A stretch of DNA of 64,000 nt from Vermamoeba vermiformis (lineage: Eukaryota): assembly GCA_045837725.1 (NCBI GenBank), contig JBEWZL010000152.1:186001-250000 (forward strand), read 5' to 3'. The notes beneath the pieces were generated by a model. It was not told the origin of the DNA, made no database searches, and saw nothing but the letters and a program-made list of their open reading frames with translations. Numbering within the stretch: position 1 is the stretch's first letter; each line of letters starts with the position of its first letter. Both the position numbers and the translations under genes were made by a program. Shown here one piece after another: positions 31,472-45,728 of this stretch.

Positions 31472-32806
31472 ATGGCGCGAAATTGCAAGGCTTATTGGTT
31501 CGTCTTCACGGCGGCATTTGTTTCGTTGGCATTCGGTGGCTGGGAACTGACTTTCTCGGACGAGTTCAACGGCCAAACGAGACTCAATACCAATACTTGG
31601 CTGCCTGCGTATACTTTTGCTCCTGGCGCCATCAACCAAGAGTTGCAATTTTACTCGCCTGGTGGATCCGTTTTTCAATTTGAATCGGATTACCTCCGCA
31701 TTGTTGGCCAGAACACCTCTGCTAATGGATTCAACTTTCAATCAGCTGCTATAACTACGCACTCGAGATTTACGCAAGTTTATGGTTACTTCGAGATGCG
31801 AGGCAGATGGACTTCAGGACGAGGTTTGTGGCCTGCTTTCTGGTTGTACGGCCAAGACACTAGTATTTGTAAGTTATTATAGATATTTTCTTTATTTAAA
31901 TATCTTTTGAGACATTTTGTCTCGTCATTGTGTAAAATTACTGCACACAAGTTTTTTTATATCTTTGACACGTGTCATTGCCAGTCCGATAATTCTAACC
32001 GATATTTTTAATGCGTAGCTGGCATTACCGAGATTGATATCTTAGAGGCGTTGTTGCAGAATCCCGAGACAGCCTACATGACATATCATTGCAACATTGG
32101 TCCGCAACACATTGGTTACTCGTACACAGGCCAAGAGCTCGCTGACGAGGGCTGGCACACCTATGCTATGCAATGGACTCCTGATATTTTGATCTGGTAC
32201 ATTGATGGCATTCAACGATTCAACACGACGACGTGCATTCCGAACTACCCGATGTTCATCCTCGCTAATTTGGCTATTGGTGGCAATTGGCCAGGCTCTC
32301 CCGATGCCACCACGCCATTCCCTACGTACATGGACATCGACTACATTCGCGCCTATAAGTTTGTACCTTCAGGAGGTGTCTCTTTGACTGGCCCCGGTGA
32401 CGGACTTCCCTTCACTAACGCACCCACTATTGCACCTCGTGGACTCGTTACATTCCGCAACCCGACCTTGTCCAAGGACTACGTGACTCGCGGCGACAAC
32501 GTGACCATCTCAGTGACACTTGACGTTGGTGGTGCTGGCTTGAACAAGGCTATCGTGCAAGCATTTGTGCAGCCGTGGATGGACACGCAACACTCGATCG
32601 TTGGTTACAACTTCATGGACGTTACTGTTGCTGCAGGATCGTCGCAAACACTTTCCTTTGTCGCTACTATTCCAAATGACACGGCTGACGGGTATTACCG
32701 CGTTGGATACGGAATTTTCTCTGAAGGCTGGAGCAACACTTTGATGTGGCAAAACGTGGCGAATGCTCTCGGAGTTAACGCTGTGATTGGTGGTACTAGT
32801 AAGTAA
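31472..32806 (+). CDS. Secreted GH16 beta-1,3-glucanase (laminarinase-like) with a C-terminal beta-sandwich domain
   Basis: Signal peptide; WELTFSDEFNG, YGYFEMR, GLWPAFW, catalytic EIDILE after one intron (31869-32018), WHTYAMQWTP, ILANLAIGGNWPG, MDIDYIRAY. Confidence 0.93.
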
Positions 32807-33144
32807 TAATATATCATTTATTTTGGAACATATATAATAACGATGGTATAGCTTGGGCACCAAACGACCAATCAGCATCGAACGGTCCTTCGAGTCAACC
32901 ACCTATCCCCGAGCTCTCTGGAGATGGCCCTGTAGCTCATATCAATAGCGATGCTAGCATTGCTGTTGTTAGTTTGGGCGCTGTTTTGATGTTGTTATTC
33001 AACATCTTGTAATCTCCAGTAAAATTAGTTGGCACGGCAAACTTTTTCTTTAAGATCTCCAAACAAACACCACGTGTGCTAGAACAGCCAGCGGAATACA
33101 AGATTTTTTGATATTTATATGAATACATTCGCTTATTCGATAAC

Positions 33145-33694
33145 ATGGCTTCTAGTGGTAAGTTTTTTGAACTAGGTCAATTTCAAAATTTTTTTCTTTT
33201 TGGATTCGTTGAATTCCTTCTGTTAGATTTTAAATTAGTCAATAAAATCATCAATTTTTATGATCATTCTGGTCAAATTTTTGGACTCAATCTCGATTTT
33301 AATATTATTTTAATCCAAGATCTGGTAACTTTTTTCAATGACGAAGAAGGATGGGAATTCACCGCCCCACTCGAGCCATTATTGAAGAACGAGGTATTTA
33401 GAGCTATGCTATCAGGACAATTTCAGGAGGAGGTAAAGGGATTTGTTGGGGGTTTTTTTTTTTATTTTTTTTTTTTTTTTTTCAAAATTTTTTTTTCTTT
33501 TTTTTTTTGTTTCCCCTTTTTTTTTTTCTACCGCTACCGATTATTTTAGAAGCCGCAAGAACAGCACTTATTCGCTAGCAACCTTAGAGAATTTAGATTT
33601 GGTCGAAAAAGCAGCGCTAGATAACGCGCTCGAATCGGACATATACAAAGGGTTCTCTCACAATACTAGTAGTGACAACGCAACTAAGCAATAG
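33145..33694 (+). other. Short BTB/POZ-like gene fragment in low-quality sequence
   Basis: DLVTFF...EFTAPLEPLLKNEVFRAMLSGQFQE resembles the BTB N-half (F.AML.G.F.E); the adjoining intron is dominated by homopolymer runs (about 33450-33530). Confidence 0.35.
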
Positions 33695-33897
33695 GAAATA
33701 GCTGTTCACCGCCGTTTTTTTCAGTCTAGCGGTTATTTCGTAGTAAATTCTTCTCGTTGTTCTTTTCAATAGTTGGATAATTTGTGGCGTACACAATGTC
33801 ATAGCACTGCTCGGTTTTGCGAGATCAGAATTCAAGGCGCCAAAATCAAGTCTCAAACGAAATGAACGGCACAACATTGAATTTAAATATTTAAACA

Positions 33898-36230
33898 ATG
33901 TATCGTACATACATAGACGAGGATTGTGAGCACATTCGGAAAAAGAGAAGAATCGACAGGTTTGATTTTTTTGAAGATCTGCCAGATGAGCTCTTAGAAC
34001 GGATATTAGCATTGACATTTAATGCAAAGAGTGGTAAATACCGGTTTTATAATTATTTCATTCAAATTTTTCATTTTCATCAATTGACGAGCTGAACTTG
34101 TTCTGGATCTAAGCCGTATTTTCTTCAACGAATATTGTAAATATTTACCTAATATTTTTTCGATTAATTAATTATTTTCAATATTTTAGCGCGCTTTGTC
34201 TGCCGAAAATGGCATGGAATAGTTTCAGATAATTCATTCTTCCGAACTTTATGCCTTCAGCGGTGGGGTGAAGACATAACACCAATCAAATATGAACATT
34301 ATTCGTCAGAAAAAAAATCCGAAATTATTAGAAATCATTTTCTTCCTTTGGTGAAAGGTAAATAATTAACTCATGTTCGATCCGCAATTAATTCTTGCTT
34401 TAGATGAAAATAATGGCGATAAAGTCGATTGGAATCGATACTATAAGATCAGGTACATATATCAATACCATTATATGCGGTATAACTTGATTTATTGAGT
34501 CAGATCCAACTATGAAAAATTTTTATGGCTAGAATGCAGTACCAAGTCCTCTGAATTAAAGAGAGCCAAATTAAAGAAAATAATACACGATATTCGTATG
34601 GGCGATATTGAATATTATCCTGAAGTCAGCTACAGAGCGATGAAACTTTTATGCGATCTCGCTCGGATCTACATTGAAGAAGACAATATGAACGAAACTC
34701 ACCACTTCATAGTAAATACATGGGGTGATTACGAAAGTGAGCACAAAGAGCGAGCTAAATTTAACACAAAGTAAGATCTGATTTATTGTTATTGTCAGAT
34801 CCGGCATACTTAATATCGACTTTAGGATGTGCTACTGTCTACTCGAATTATATTACTTCGCAAAGAGAAAATTCGCGTTTGAATTGAAGTCATCATTGAT
34901 ACAGTATACTGCGAATCGATTTGTCGTGTCATCGCTGGATCCAAAAATTTTAGCGGCATTGATGAACGAAGAGCCTAGACCCGAACCATCCGTAGTAAGG
35001 AATTTTCAAAATTATGTTTGTCATTAACAACGAAATTTCTACAGGTAGCTGCATTGCATTTTTGGTTTAATCTACCTCTCACTTCGAGTAATGATGGCAT
35101 TAATAGTGAAGGACCAAAGCCCTTGCTCAGAAAAACTGACATTATGTACGAGGCTACGCAGCGTTTATTCAGTTCAAAAAGAGATTACGCGCAGAAATTG
35201 AAAGTCCTCGAAACAGCGACTGCAATAACTCAAAACGTTGATCCAGAGTTCGACAGGCGAATATTAAAGTAAGATTAAGTGATTAATACTTGACACTGAA
35301 TCTAATTTTGGGTTGGGCAGATTGATAGCGGATCCGTCAAGAGAAAAATTTGACGGACAATCGTTGACGTTGTTAGCCAAGATAGTAATTCATCTTAAGG
35401 AAATAATCGGCGACGAAGAATTCATTTTTTTGGTCGATGTAGCATTACGAAGGAAAATGATTTTGTTTGTTGGAGACTACATCCAGCAGTAAGACGAATG
35501 AAATTATTATTGACGATTATTTTTAACTAAAATATCTTATTTAGGTTTTATATTGCATCAGCGTTGCTCAATACGCTCGATGAAGCTCGCACTCTGTTTT
35601 TTACCGAAGATGATTTGCGTTTGCTGCATCAAGCGTTATTAGGCAATAACTTGAAAGATATCGAGACCTATTTACTCACAGGAGACCAAATACAACAAAT
35701 ACCAAAGCTTTTGTTATTTGGACACCGTGTCATTCCGGTAAGTTAAATTTTTTCAACTTTGTTGACCGGTCAATCTCGCGCTATCTCCTGATCCTACCAA
35801 GACTGCAAACGCAATATACCCTTTGAAATGTTTAAGTTGCTGGTGGCTACTATCTGTGGTTCACATATGGAGTAATGAGTTGATAATGATGTGGAGAGGC
35901 AGTGTCGCAATATAACCTCCGGACTTCAATTCTGGACTAAGTTACACGAATGATTCTAACGTTATTTTGTTACTATAGTACTTGCCTCAGTACGATAGAT
36001 TCCTCTTTGAAGGACAAAGCCACAATCCAAAACTTGCAGCGTTCTATTTGTGCGATGTTTTGGGCAGACTACAGCCTGACGAAGCAGTTCAGAAAATAAC
36101 ATCTTTAATCGAGCAACGAACACATTCAAGCCTTGGATCGATAATCGCAGAAGGATATGATAGATTTAAGGCGATTCTCGGAGATTCCTGGACGAGCAGA
36201 TTGGGCGAGATTATCAAAGGAAATTTGTGA
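33898..36230 (+). CDS. F-box protein, paralog A (C-terminally shorter)
   Basis: FEDLPDELLERILAL...ARFVCRKWHGIVSDNSFFRTLCLQRW F-box; basic NLS-like RKKRR; collinear exons with paralog B. Confidence 0.75.
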
Positions 36231-36587
36231 TGCCATAAATCTCGAGTATTTGTAAAATCATCGTGTGACTTTTTAATATAATGCTTGCCGTTTTCCTGAT
36301 TTTTCTATTATTTAGGGAAATAAAAACGTAAAAAAGAAGCTAAACAATTCTGGATGTGGTTTCGTTATTTCGCACTTTATTACTCGTAAGTAATCAATGT
36401 CAATACATTTATTACGTGTTTATATTGGCGATCAGACGAATTCACAAAAGCTTGATCTCGCGTGGGAGGTTGAACCACACAGAAAAAAAAAGCTTGTTGC
36501 CAACTAACGTTGTGTAATTGATTCTTTTTGCCCAAATAGGCACACAACAACTATAGCACATCAAGTATCGCATTAATTGATCAAGCC

Positions 36588-38924
36588 ATGCTATCGGGTT
36601 TAATCAAATGGATTTCGTGGATGTTGCTAGCGCTATTGATTCATTCCAGTATTGCATTTGAAGTATTATATCCTCCACAATTAGAAGGATTTTATAATAG
36701 TCCTTGGCTGTCACGATACGGTCCTGAAAAGTAAGCGAATTAATTTCAGTTTCGAAATCTGAAGACATATTCTAACGAGCATATTATTTATAGCCCGCCT
36801 GACTATATAATAGGACGATTGGTAAGCAGTTTTACAGACGCCGCTGGTCCCGCTGAGGGAAATATTGTTCTGGGCTGCGAAGCTGGATTCGAAAGGACGT
36901 AAGTCAAAAATCGTTTTTTTAACTCTTAATTTAATTTTAGCTAAATAATTACATTAATTCCGACCTAACTAACCGATCCTAATTTCGTGCGTAAAGCGTG
37001 ACCTATGACACATGGATTGTTCGGGCGTTTTTCCTTTTATGGTAATAATTCTAACTTTCAATTGTAGCATGGAGCTCAGCATAACAAAGTTCCAAAATCT
37101 AGGCGCCATTGGTTGCATGAATTGCGCACGATTTTCAAGTAAGTTGATCGTTTCACTGAATAACAGTGGTAAATCCGCATCCAAGCATTAACCTGTATTT
37201 TTATGATAGCCGTTCCAGGAATATTGAATAGATTATTTGACGGATCAGATATCTCGAATATCAATATTTTAGCGTGGGATACTGCTCTCGTCGATATCAA
37301 GCCAATTTTGGACTACTTTCGTTCAGGCGAAGCAAACATTACTGTTGTAGTCAAGATGGGCTTTAAAGGTACCAATATATATAATATTATGACCATCGAT
37401 GTAACTTTTTTCGGATCCAGATCGCAATCAATGGGACGAAATGTACGCGACGGCAGCATTCTATCCGTATAGCGTAATTATAGCTGTATATGCCGCTGCG
37501 GCTGTAATATTCGCTGCAACTAAATTGGCGGTAAGCACGTGCAAATTGAGCTTACTGTAATTGGATCTAATAACGTTACAAAAACTAGCTCTACATCCGT
37601 GCCAAAGGACCGGAACTTTCCATTCCTCAAACATGCTTCTGGATCGAGATTGTAGCAAATTTAGGTAATAATGATAGGGTGGTAGTTCATACAAGAGTTA
37701 AACTAACGGATGCGCGTTTAGAACGATTGATTTACCACGGGATTGATCCGCTGTGGTCAAGAATGATTTTCCCTCAAGCAGCGGGCAATATATTACTGAC
37801 ATTAACGGTGCCTGTCTTTGCAACTACAACGCTATTGATTACGTTCTACTGGTACGTAAATTGATTTACCGCCGAAAAATTCTTCTTGACATTTCCTTTT
37901 TAGGAAAGAGCTATTAGAAGCGAAGAAATTCAAGGTCGTAACATTCATTAATAGAATGAAGTGGCCATTTGTAGGAGCAGCGTTCGTATTTTGGGGCGCT
38001 GAGCTTTCGGCATCATTTTGCCGTGGATTCGGCGTTGGACCAGTCGCGACGCTGATCACTATTGCAGCCGCTGTATATGGTGTATGCGTATTATTCACGT
38101 CTATATTGTTCTTCCACTATGGACGCAAGCTGATAATGCTAGCGAAGGCAAGAAAAGCTACGTACAAAGCCGAATCCAAATTCAAGGTAAAGATTTGAAA
38201 CTAAAATTCATAATATTATGTATATTCATTATTCTCCAGTACTAATATATTATTATCATTATAAGGCGATTAAATTGCTCATGGGTAGCGGCGTCGTTTC
38301 GTTAGTTTATGTTCTACTCTTGGCTTTCGCCGCTACGCCGTATTTGTTCTTACCTTGGGGATTCTACGCAGGAAATCTCATCAATGCCTTATTGTTGATA
38401 ACTATCAGCATGATTCAAATTGCTGCCTTTGCTCCGCCAAACATCTCGCTCAAATCCGGCTCGTCTTCAAAATCAAGTACGTATAACAACTCGAACTAAC
38501 TTTACCCTTAATATTGACAATATTAAGTACCGTGAATCGATATAAATAGCGATATATTGTTTTAATTTGATAAGAATTCCGATCGGATCGAGCCAGTACG
38601 AAATTTTATCAAATTTATTTTTGATGAAAATAGCGTTTCTAATACATTTTAATAGCTGATAAAGCCGTATCGCTTCAGGTTCAACGACAAGATACGTCTC
38701 CATTGACAGGAGGCAGCGTAGCTTCAATGAACTCGGACACGATTGAAAGTCCCGGGCGAGATCTGGAAGCTGGAACATCTCAACCGCAAGATAACGATGA
38801 GGATGATAGCAGTAACGAGAGCGATCATGAGGACGAGTCAGAGAGTTCTTACAGGAGCAACAACGAAGAACCTTCTTCATCGAGATCGGATGCGAGCAGT
38901 ACTAACGAGCACCCAGAAAATTAA
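36588..38924 (+). CDS. Signal peptide + PA-like ectodomain + 7TM membrane protein with Ser/acidic tail
   Basis: Signal MLSGLIKWISWMLLALLIHSSIA; ectodomain GNIVL...KFQNLGAIGCM (PA-like); seven hydrophobic segments after splicing; tail rich in S/D/E. Confidence 0.7.
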
Positions 38925-39403
38925 CTGGTATTGATACTCAAGTATACCAAAGCAATGTAGTCCCGTTGTGCTCAATTTGATCCATACGCACAAGGCAAGC
39001 CAGTATTGTTATGGTGATCTACTGGACAATGAAGAACGTCCGGCCCTGAAGGTCCAAAAGTCACGTGACTTGAGTACTTCGCTGTTCCGCGAAGTCACTC
39101 ATAAACAATGCCATACAAGTGTTGCATGAGTTCATGACTATTACGTGCGGGACTTAATAAAGGTGTAGACCAAAATAGCATTTATTTATTGGTTCAGCTT
39201 GTGTGAGCCTCTGTAATATAACGCTAGTTTTACCGAATGTAATGTTAAGCGTTCAGTTTCAATTACATTCTTAATAAGGAAATTCAGACTCCAACCAAGT
39301 GATTTGTCAAAGTTAGCGCTTTTTCCAACCTCAAAATTAATTTGACACAAGTCGCAACAGGAGCAACACAACAACACTGATCGCAGAAATAAAGATACAA
39401 ATA

Positions 39404-42400
39404 ATGGATCGTACATACATAGACGAGGATTGTGAGCACATTCGGAAAAAGAGAAGAATCGACAGAATTGATTTTTTTGAAGATCTGCCGGATGAGCTCT
39501 TAGAGCGGATATTGGCATTGACCTGTAAGGCAAAAGAAGGTAACACTTATGACATTATATTGAACCCGAGTATTTTAATTTTTGGTCTCGGAAATTCTAC
39601 TACTGATCTCAATTCCTGTCTGGATCTGGTGCTTATTTACGGCTTGAAAATACTATTTCGCATTAATTAATTATTTTCAATATTTTAGCGCGCTTTGTCT
39701 GCCGAAAATGGCGAGGAATAGTTTCAGATAATTCATTCCTCCGAACTTTATGCCTTCAACTGTGGGGTGAAGACACAACACCGATCAAATATGAAAGGGC
39801 ATTACCTGAGAATAGAGTTAATATTCTTAATAAATATTTTATTCCAAGGGTGAAAGGTAAATAATTAGCTCGTGTTCGATCCGCAACTAATTCTTGCTTT
39901 AGATGAAAACAACGACGATAAAGTCGATTGGAATCGATACTATAAGATCAGGTATATACATTGAATTGGTTATTTCAATCAATCTAACTTTGCTCAACCA
40001 GATCCAATTATGAAAAACTTCTCTCGTTAGAACTTACCAAGCCCTCTGAAAAAAAGAGACCCATAAACCGGCCTACCTCGAAATTGTCGCGAAAAAGATT
40101 AAAAGTCAGCATTGGTGCTATTCATATGGGACAATTTCATAAAAATCCTGAAGTCAGCTACAGAGCGCTGAAGCTTGTTGTGCGATCTTGCTCGGATCTA
40201 CATTGAAGAGGACAATATCAGCGCAACCGATTATTTTATAGTCCAAACATGGAGTGATGATAATGAACCTTTAACCGCAAAGTTCGCTAAATACAATACA
40301 AAGTAGGTTTCATGAGTTGATCCAGGATCCGATCTAACGTTAATTCTTCTTAGGATATGCTTGTGTCTTGTTGAATTTTATGAATTTGTTAAAAATAAGG
40401 GAATTACGAAATTTCAAGTGTCATTAATGCAGAAAATTACCAATCGCTTCATGCTGTCCTCTTTGGATCCGAACATTTTAGTGGCAATTATGAAGGACCT
40501 ATGCAGCTCCGAAGCCTATATTAGTATGTACTCGAATAATATATTTAATGTTCTAACTAAGGAGCTACAATTAGTTACACAATATGCAAGTTTGGTACGC
40601 GAAGCAAATCCAGGGCGTAATGGACAATGCCAGCGATAAACCGAGTATTAGCAATGAAATATTCGCTAAAAATAACGATGTTTTGTACGAAGCTACAAAG
40701 AGATGGTTCAACGCTAGTCAAGACTTTTCCGAGAAATTACGCGCAATCGATACGGGCATGCAGCTGGCAAATAGAATTCAGGAACCTGAAGTCCTTAAAA
40801 AGATATATAGGTGCTTATAATTATAACGATAGTCAATCATATGTAATATATTAACCCTTGAGTCTAGATTGGTTGCGGATCTAGCAAGAGAAAATGAGAA
40901 ATTTGAAGAACAATCGTTAATGTTGCTAGCCAAAATGATTAGGGAATTTAAAACGTCCTCCTATGTTGACGGATACAAATTTTTACTAGACGTGGCATTA
41001 CGAAGGCGAAAAATCTTACTCGCCGATCCGATCCAACAGTACGAAATAATATGAAATTTCTAAATTGACTGTTTTTCTTTTAAATAGGTTCTACATTGCA
41101 TCTTCACTGCTTGATACGCTTGATGACTATCGAGTTCAATTTTTTAACGAAGATGAGTTAAGTGTGCTGCATCAAGCGTTGTTAAGCCATAATTTGCAAG
41201 ATATCCAAGCTAACGACCTCACAAAGCATCAAATAAGACTAATACCGAAGTTATTAATATTTGGCTCGCTTATAAATCCAGTAAGTAACAACAGATCTTG
41301 AGATATTTTTTGTTTCCGTACGCTTGAATTTCGTACAATTTTTTAATTCTAGCAAGCGATCGATCATCACTAAATTTACGATAATATAATTACACCGGGG
41401 ACTACTATTAGTATCCAACACATTAAGGTCGTATCTCGTCTTAGTGCAGAACGGCAGTATTGAGAAGTGACCCATGAACCACTGCAAAATTACTAATTTT
41501 TACAATTAGAAAAAGTTACGCGAATGATTCTAACGTTATTTTGTTACTATAGTACTTGCCTCAGTACGATAGATTCCTCTTCGAAGGACAAAGCCACAAT
41601 CCAAAACTTGCAGCGTTCTATTTGTGCAATGTTTTGCTCAAACTACAGCCTGACAAAGCAATTCGGAAAATAACATCTTTAATCGAGCAACGAACACATC
41701 CAAGCCTTGGATCGATAATCGCAGAAGGATATGACAGATTTAAAGCGATTCTCGGAGATTTATGGACGATCAAATACGACGAGATCGTAATCGAGGTTTT
41801 ATTGGAATTATTTTCTGAGAAAACGAAGGAAGTAAAATTGAAGGAACCTAAGGCTATTAATAAGAAAGAAGTGAAAGGCAAATGGATGTTTCCGATCAAA
41901 GACGTTGACGAACTAGTCTTACCTTGGGCTTGGTCGACACCAGAACAAGACAAAGCTATCTTATTGTTAATGAAATACGCCAAAAATCATCCGATGAGCA
42001 GATCCGTTCAGATCCAAATTCTCAATATCGCTCTGTGCCTCCCACATCATTATTCGCTCTCGAAAGAATTTGTAGAGGTATTTAACTCGATGCCAATTAT
42101 ACATAGCGAAGATATTACAGACATAGTACCCCAGTTATTTGAAACAATTGATCGCCACGAGTACGACAGCACAATTTTATTAAGATTGGTCAACTCGCAT
42201 CCGTGCGCAGTTTTGATTCGTTTTCGTCGAAGAAAAATATCTGACATGAACTCAATATGCAATATGGCTATAATTGGCAGTCATTATGGAATGCTAATAC
42301 TAGACGCAAGGGAGTGGAAGGAAGGTATGATATAATCAAAATTCTCAGAATTAATTAATTCTTTCATGAACGAAATTCATTACGCGTAACAATTTGATCT

Positions 42401-42707
42401 AACAACCATTGTGTTTTCTACAGCTCAACTGACCAAAATTAAACAAAAACTTTCGGAAAATGAATCGCAACTTTCCCCTAAGCTGAAGAAAGTCTTGCAG
42501 CATTACGCCATTCAACTGATTTGTTCTCAATACGACACGCGGACAACGAGCTACTCAGCGTACCGCGAAAATGATTATTGGTCCGTAATGAAATCCACAT
42601 TGAAGCGTCCAGAGGTCAGAGAAAAAGTATTACAGTTCATGGAGGATTACGATACCGAGACGAACTTCATGAGGGAGTTGATCCCGAAATATAAACAGAA
42701 GAAGTGA
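39404..42707 (+). CDS. F-box protein, paralog B (longer; apparent +1 frameshift near 40177)
   Basis: N-terminus nearly identical to paralog A; longer helical C-terminal region (ORFs 41556-42335 and 42411-42707). Confidence 0.75.
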
Positions 42708-42950
42708 AAATAACGAAATTAGCCTTATTTAGAGCGTACTGGCAAACAATAAACAATTTGTTCTTGTTGTAGTAATTCTCAGTATTAAACGAAACATTCA
42801 GACGTTAATAATCATACGAGAGAAGGTATGCTTGAATTGATAGTTAGACTGCCTTTAACTATTAGGCTTAGCTCCAGTTCTGTCCAGATCCGAGGCTTAG
42901 CCAGAAACATAATAATGTAAGAGAAAAAATTTACTTCTGAACGCATGCTT

Positions 42951-45728
42951 CTACAATAAGATAGCCATAATCAAACTCATCAATGAAGCAGCGATGTTGA
43001 TAATAGCGCCGCTCGATACTTGGGCTGAAGGAGTGCTTCGAACTGGCGCAGTGGCCGATGTGGGAACGTAGTCGCTTAAAATAAACACTTATAAGCTACT
43101 AATGAAATAAAGTGTAAATACATACCATAACGCGCTGTCAGCAGTACCAAAAGTTCTGTTGACACCACTAGGCGAATCCACGACCGAAGGATTCTCGATC
43201 GGCATCAGGTTTTTGCCGCAGATGCTAGGAGATTGTAATGCATTAGAAAATGCTTGACTAGGAGGTATTAGAGCAAACTTACGTCCAGTTATTAGATTGG
43301 TAGTGATAGTAACCGCACAAAGGCGCCTAAAAAATTGGATCAACAAAACCGAAGGAAATTTAAAAATAACTTACGTTAGGGATAGCAGGATAATAAGTCA
43401 TGAATTCCATGCACATCTCGTCTTTAGAAGCGATGTACATATTAGTCGGCTTAGTTCTTGAAGAGCTGTCCCAAACGCAGTTGGTGTTGATCCGATCTCC
43501 AGGCTTTAAAGTGAGATTGACAGAAACAGCGTGCTGATTGGCAAAAGAATAATATTCAACGCGATTGAGCACCATAGACTCGTTGCCACGATGAATAATA
43601 CTGTATCCAGTCTTGCCGATCTCATGCATGTGAGGAGTCAATATAACTGATATTATTGTAATAGAAGAGATACATACATGTGGAAGTAGTCGGAAAACAC
43701 GTGGATGTCGTGGGGGAACAATGAAGTGCATTCAGTAGGGCACGTAAGTTCAACATGCCAAGCTGATTGGCCAGCTGGAATATCAGGAAGCAAGACAGCT
43801 GGATCGCCCAAAGTCTTTTTAAAAAAAGTATTATAATTCTGAATTAAAGGAGTATTTGAAGCCTTACCAATGTGAAAGCATCGTATGTACGCAAGTCAGT
43901 AGTAGCGACCATTTCAATGCCGCTAGAGTCAACTACGTTCGGGATCTGTTTCGTAGCAGATTTGATAGTTAGAAACGGGGTCTTAAACGGGATCAGTGCT
44001 ATTAAATATAATTACTTACGAGGTCGGGGTTGTTATAGTGCATATCAAGAACCAAGTATTTGGTTGAGTTGGAAGTAGATCGGATTCTGAATCCAGCTTC
44101 TTCTGGCAAATTCATTGCCCGACCACCACGAGCCCAAGCATATAATACCATGCATCCAGGATAACCCAAAGGCGAAGGATGAGGATCAGTACAGTCTGTG
44201 GGTCCTTGAGAATACAACGAAGGAATTGACGGCTTTGATCCGCCAGAATAATCTTCGCAGAGATGCAAGACCATATGGTGAACGGCATCTATACTAAGCA
44301 TTAGCATTACTATATTCAATAATTATATTTATCTCGACGCAGTTCATCCTTTGCTAGCGGATTTGAAAGGAAAAACTTCCGGATGGAGCTGTAAATTACA
44401 AACGGTACCGTTACTTACGATCAATATTAGAGTTAGGAACGAAATTGAGTCTAACAACATGCACGTCATCGTCCTACAAAAGATCATGTGAGTTAAAAGG
44501 CGCATCCGATCGGAAAATTATATTTACGCACATTTGGGGTGGTGAACGGCAAGGCATAGCACATGTAGGTAGTCTCTTGAGTAGGGAGGCTAATATTAGG
44601 CATACTCACGCTGAAAGAGTACGAGTTGGGCACATCCGTAACGTTGTCATTCGGACAATCCCAGAAACAGAGTAAAGTGGCTAATCTGTTAGCGCCATGA
44701 TATCCGATGCTCTTAACGTCGTTGTCTCCCCACGCCACGATGATAGCATTATCGCCAGGGATGATTGTTCTGTCTGTCATAAAAATTCCGGATTTAGTTA
44801 ACCTTGGGACATGAAATAATTGTGTGAATCAGAATCAAAAGATACGCTATTCAGTTGCATAGTACTTAATACTATTGTTGATTTGAGGGTGCTCGCAACT
44901 GAAATAATTATTTGCAAAGCAATCGGAGTTAAGATCAGATTCAAATTTGCTCGTTGCGATCCTTACCTTGATTATCACGAGCAGCAAGAGGTCTAGTGAC
45001 TTCTACGTAGGTCTTGCCGTCTTTCTCTTCGCCACTGACAAGAGTCCAATCTAAAAGAGAATAGACGTCGTTTAGTATTAATTCCGCTACGTTGATTGAT
45101 CTGACTTCAAATCACCGTTTGAATGACATCTTTTTGTTAATTATTAATTTATAATTGAGAGTAGACATCGTACCATTTTCTAGGCAATCGTCTTGCTTAG
45201 GTTGGGCGAAAGCGTAAGTGTAACGATCTTGGATGTAGATGCTTCCGTGGCTAGAATCTTTTTGCACGACCACGACGTCTGAACCAGGCATACTAGTATA
45301 ATTATAAATAAGATGAGCATATACAAGTGAATGAAATTAAGAGATTTGCAAATTACAATTTTGTTCCTGAAGGAGAATTACCTGCCAGAAGTCAACTCAG
45401 CTGTAAATGTAATCAAATTAGTTTCTATATGAACTAATAGTGGCTATATTATTAGTACATACCAATACCAAAGCCAAACCAACCGAGAGTAGACACTTCA
45501 AGCAACTGGTTAGCTCGCCACATCTGATTTTTTATTATTTAAAAACGAATCTACGTACCTTCAAATCCAAGTGCGATCTCTTGAGTGTCTTGCATGACCT
45601 TCCAGTAGAGTTTGTATGAGGAAGTCACTTGCTTTGAGTTGGTGTACTTGGATCATGGTATCAAATCCAAAAACAAACGGAAGCACTAAAAAGCATAGTA
45701 CGAGTGCGATATTGACCTTGGTCGTCAT
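42951..45728 (-). CDS. MOXD1: DOMON + copper type II ascorbate-dependent monooxygenase (MOXD1/DBH-like), GPI-like C-terminus
   Basis: Signal peptide; DOMON WFGFGI...MPGSDVVV...DRYTY; VHHMVL, YAWARG, LDMHYNNP, PHMHEIG, PGDRINTNCVWDS, DEMCMEF; hydrophobic tail SSGAIINIAASLMSLIMAILL. Confidence 0.9.

Noticed and set aside
39000-39180. Hairpin-rich segment resembling a box C/D snoRNA
   Set aside because: C/D boxes are imperfect, with no terminal stem or recognisable rRNA guide.
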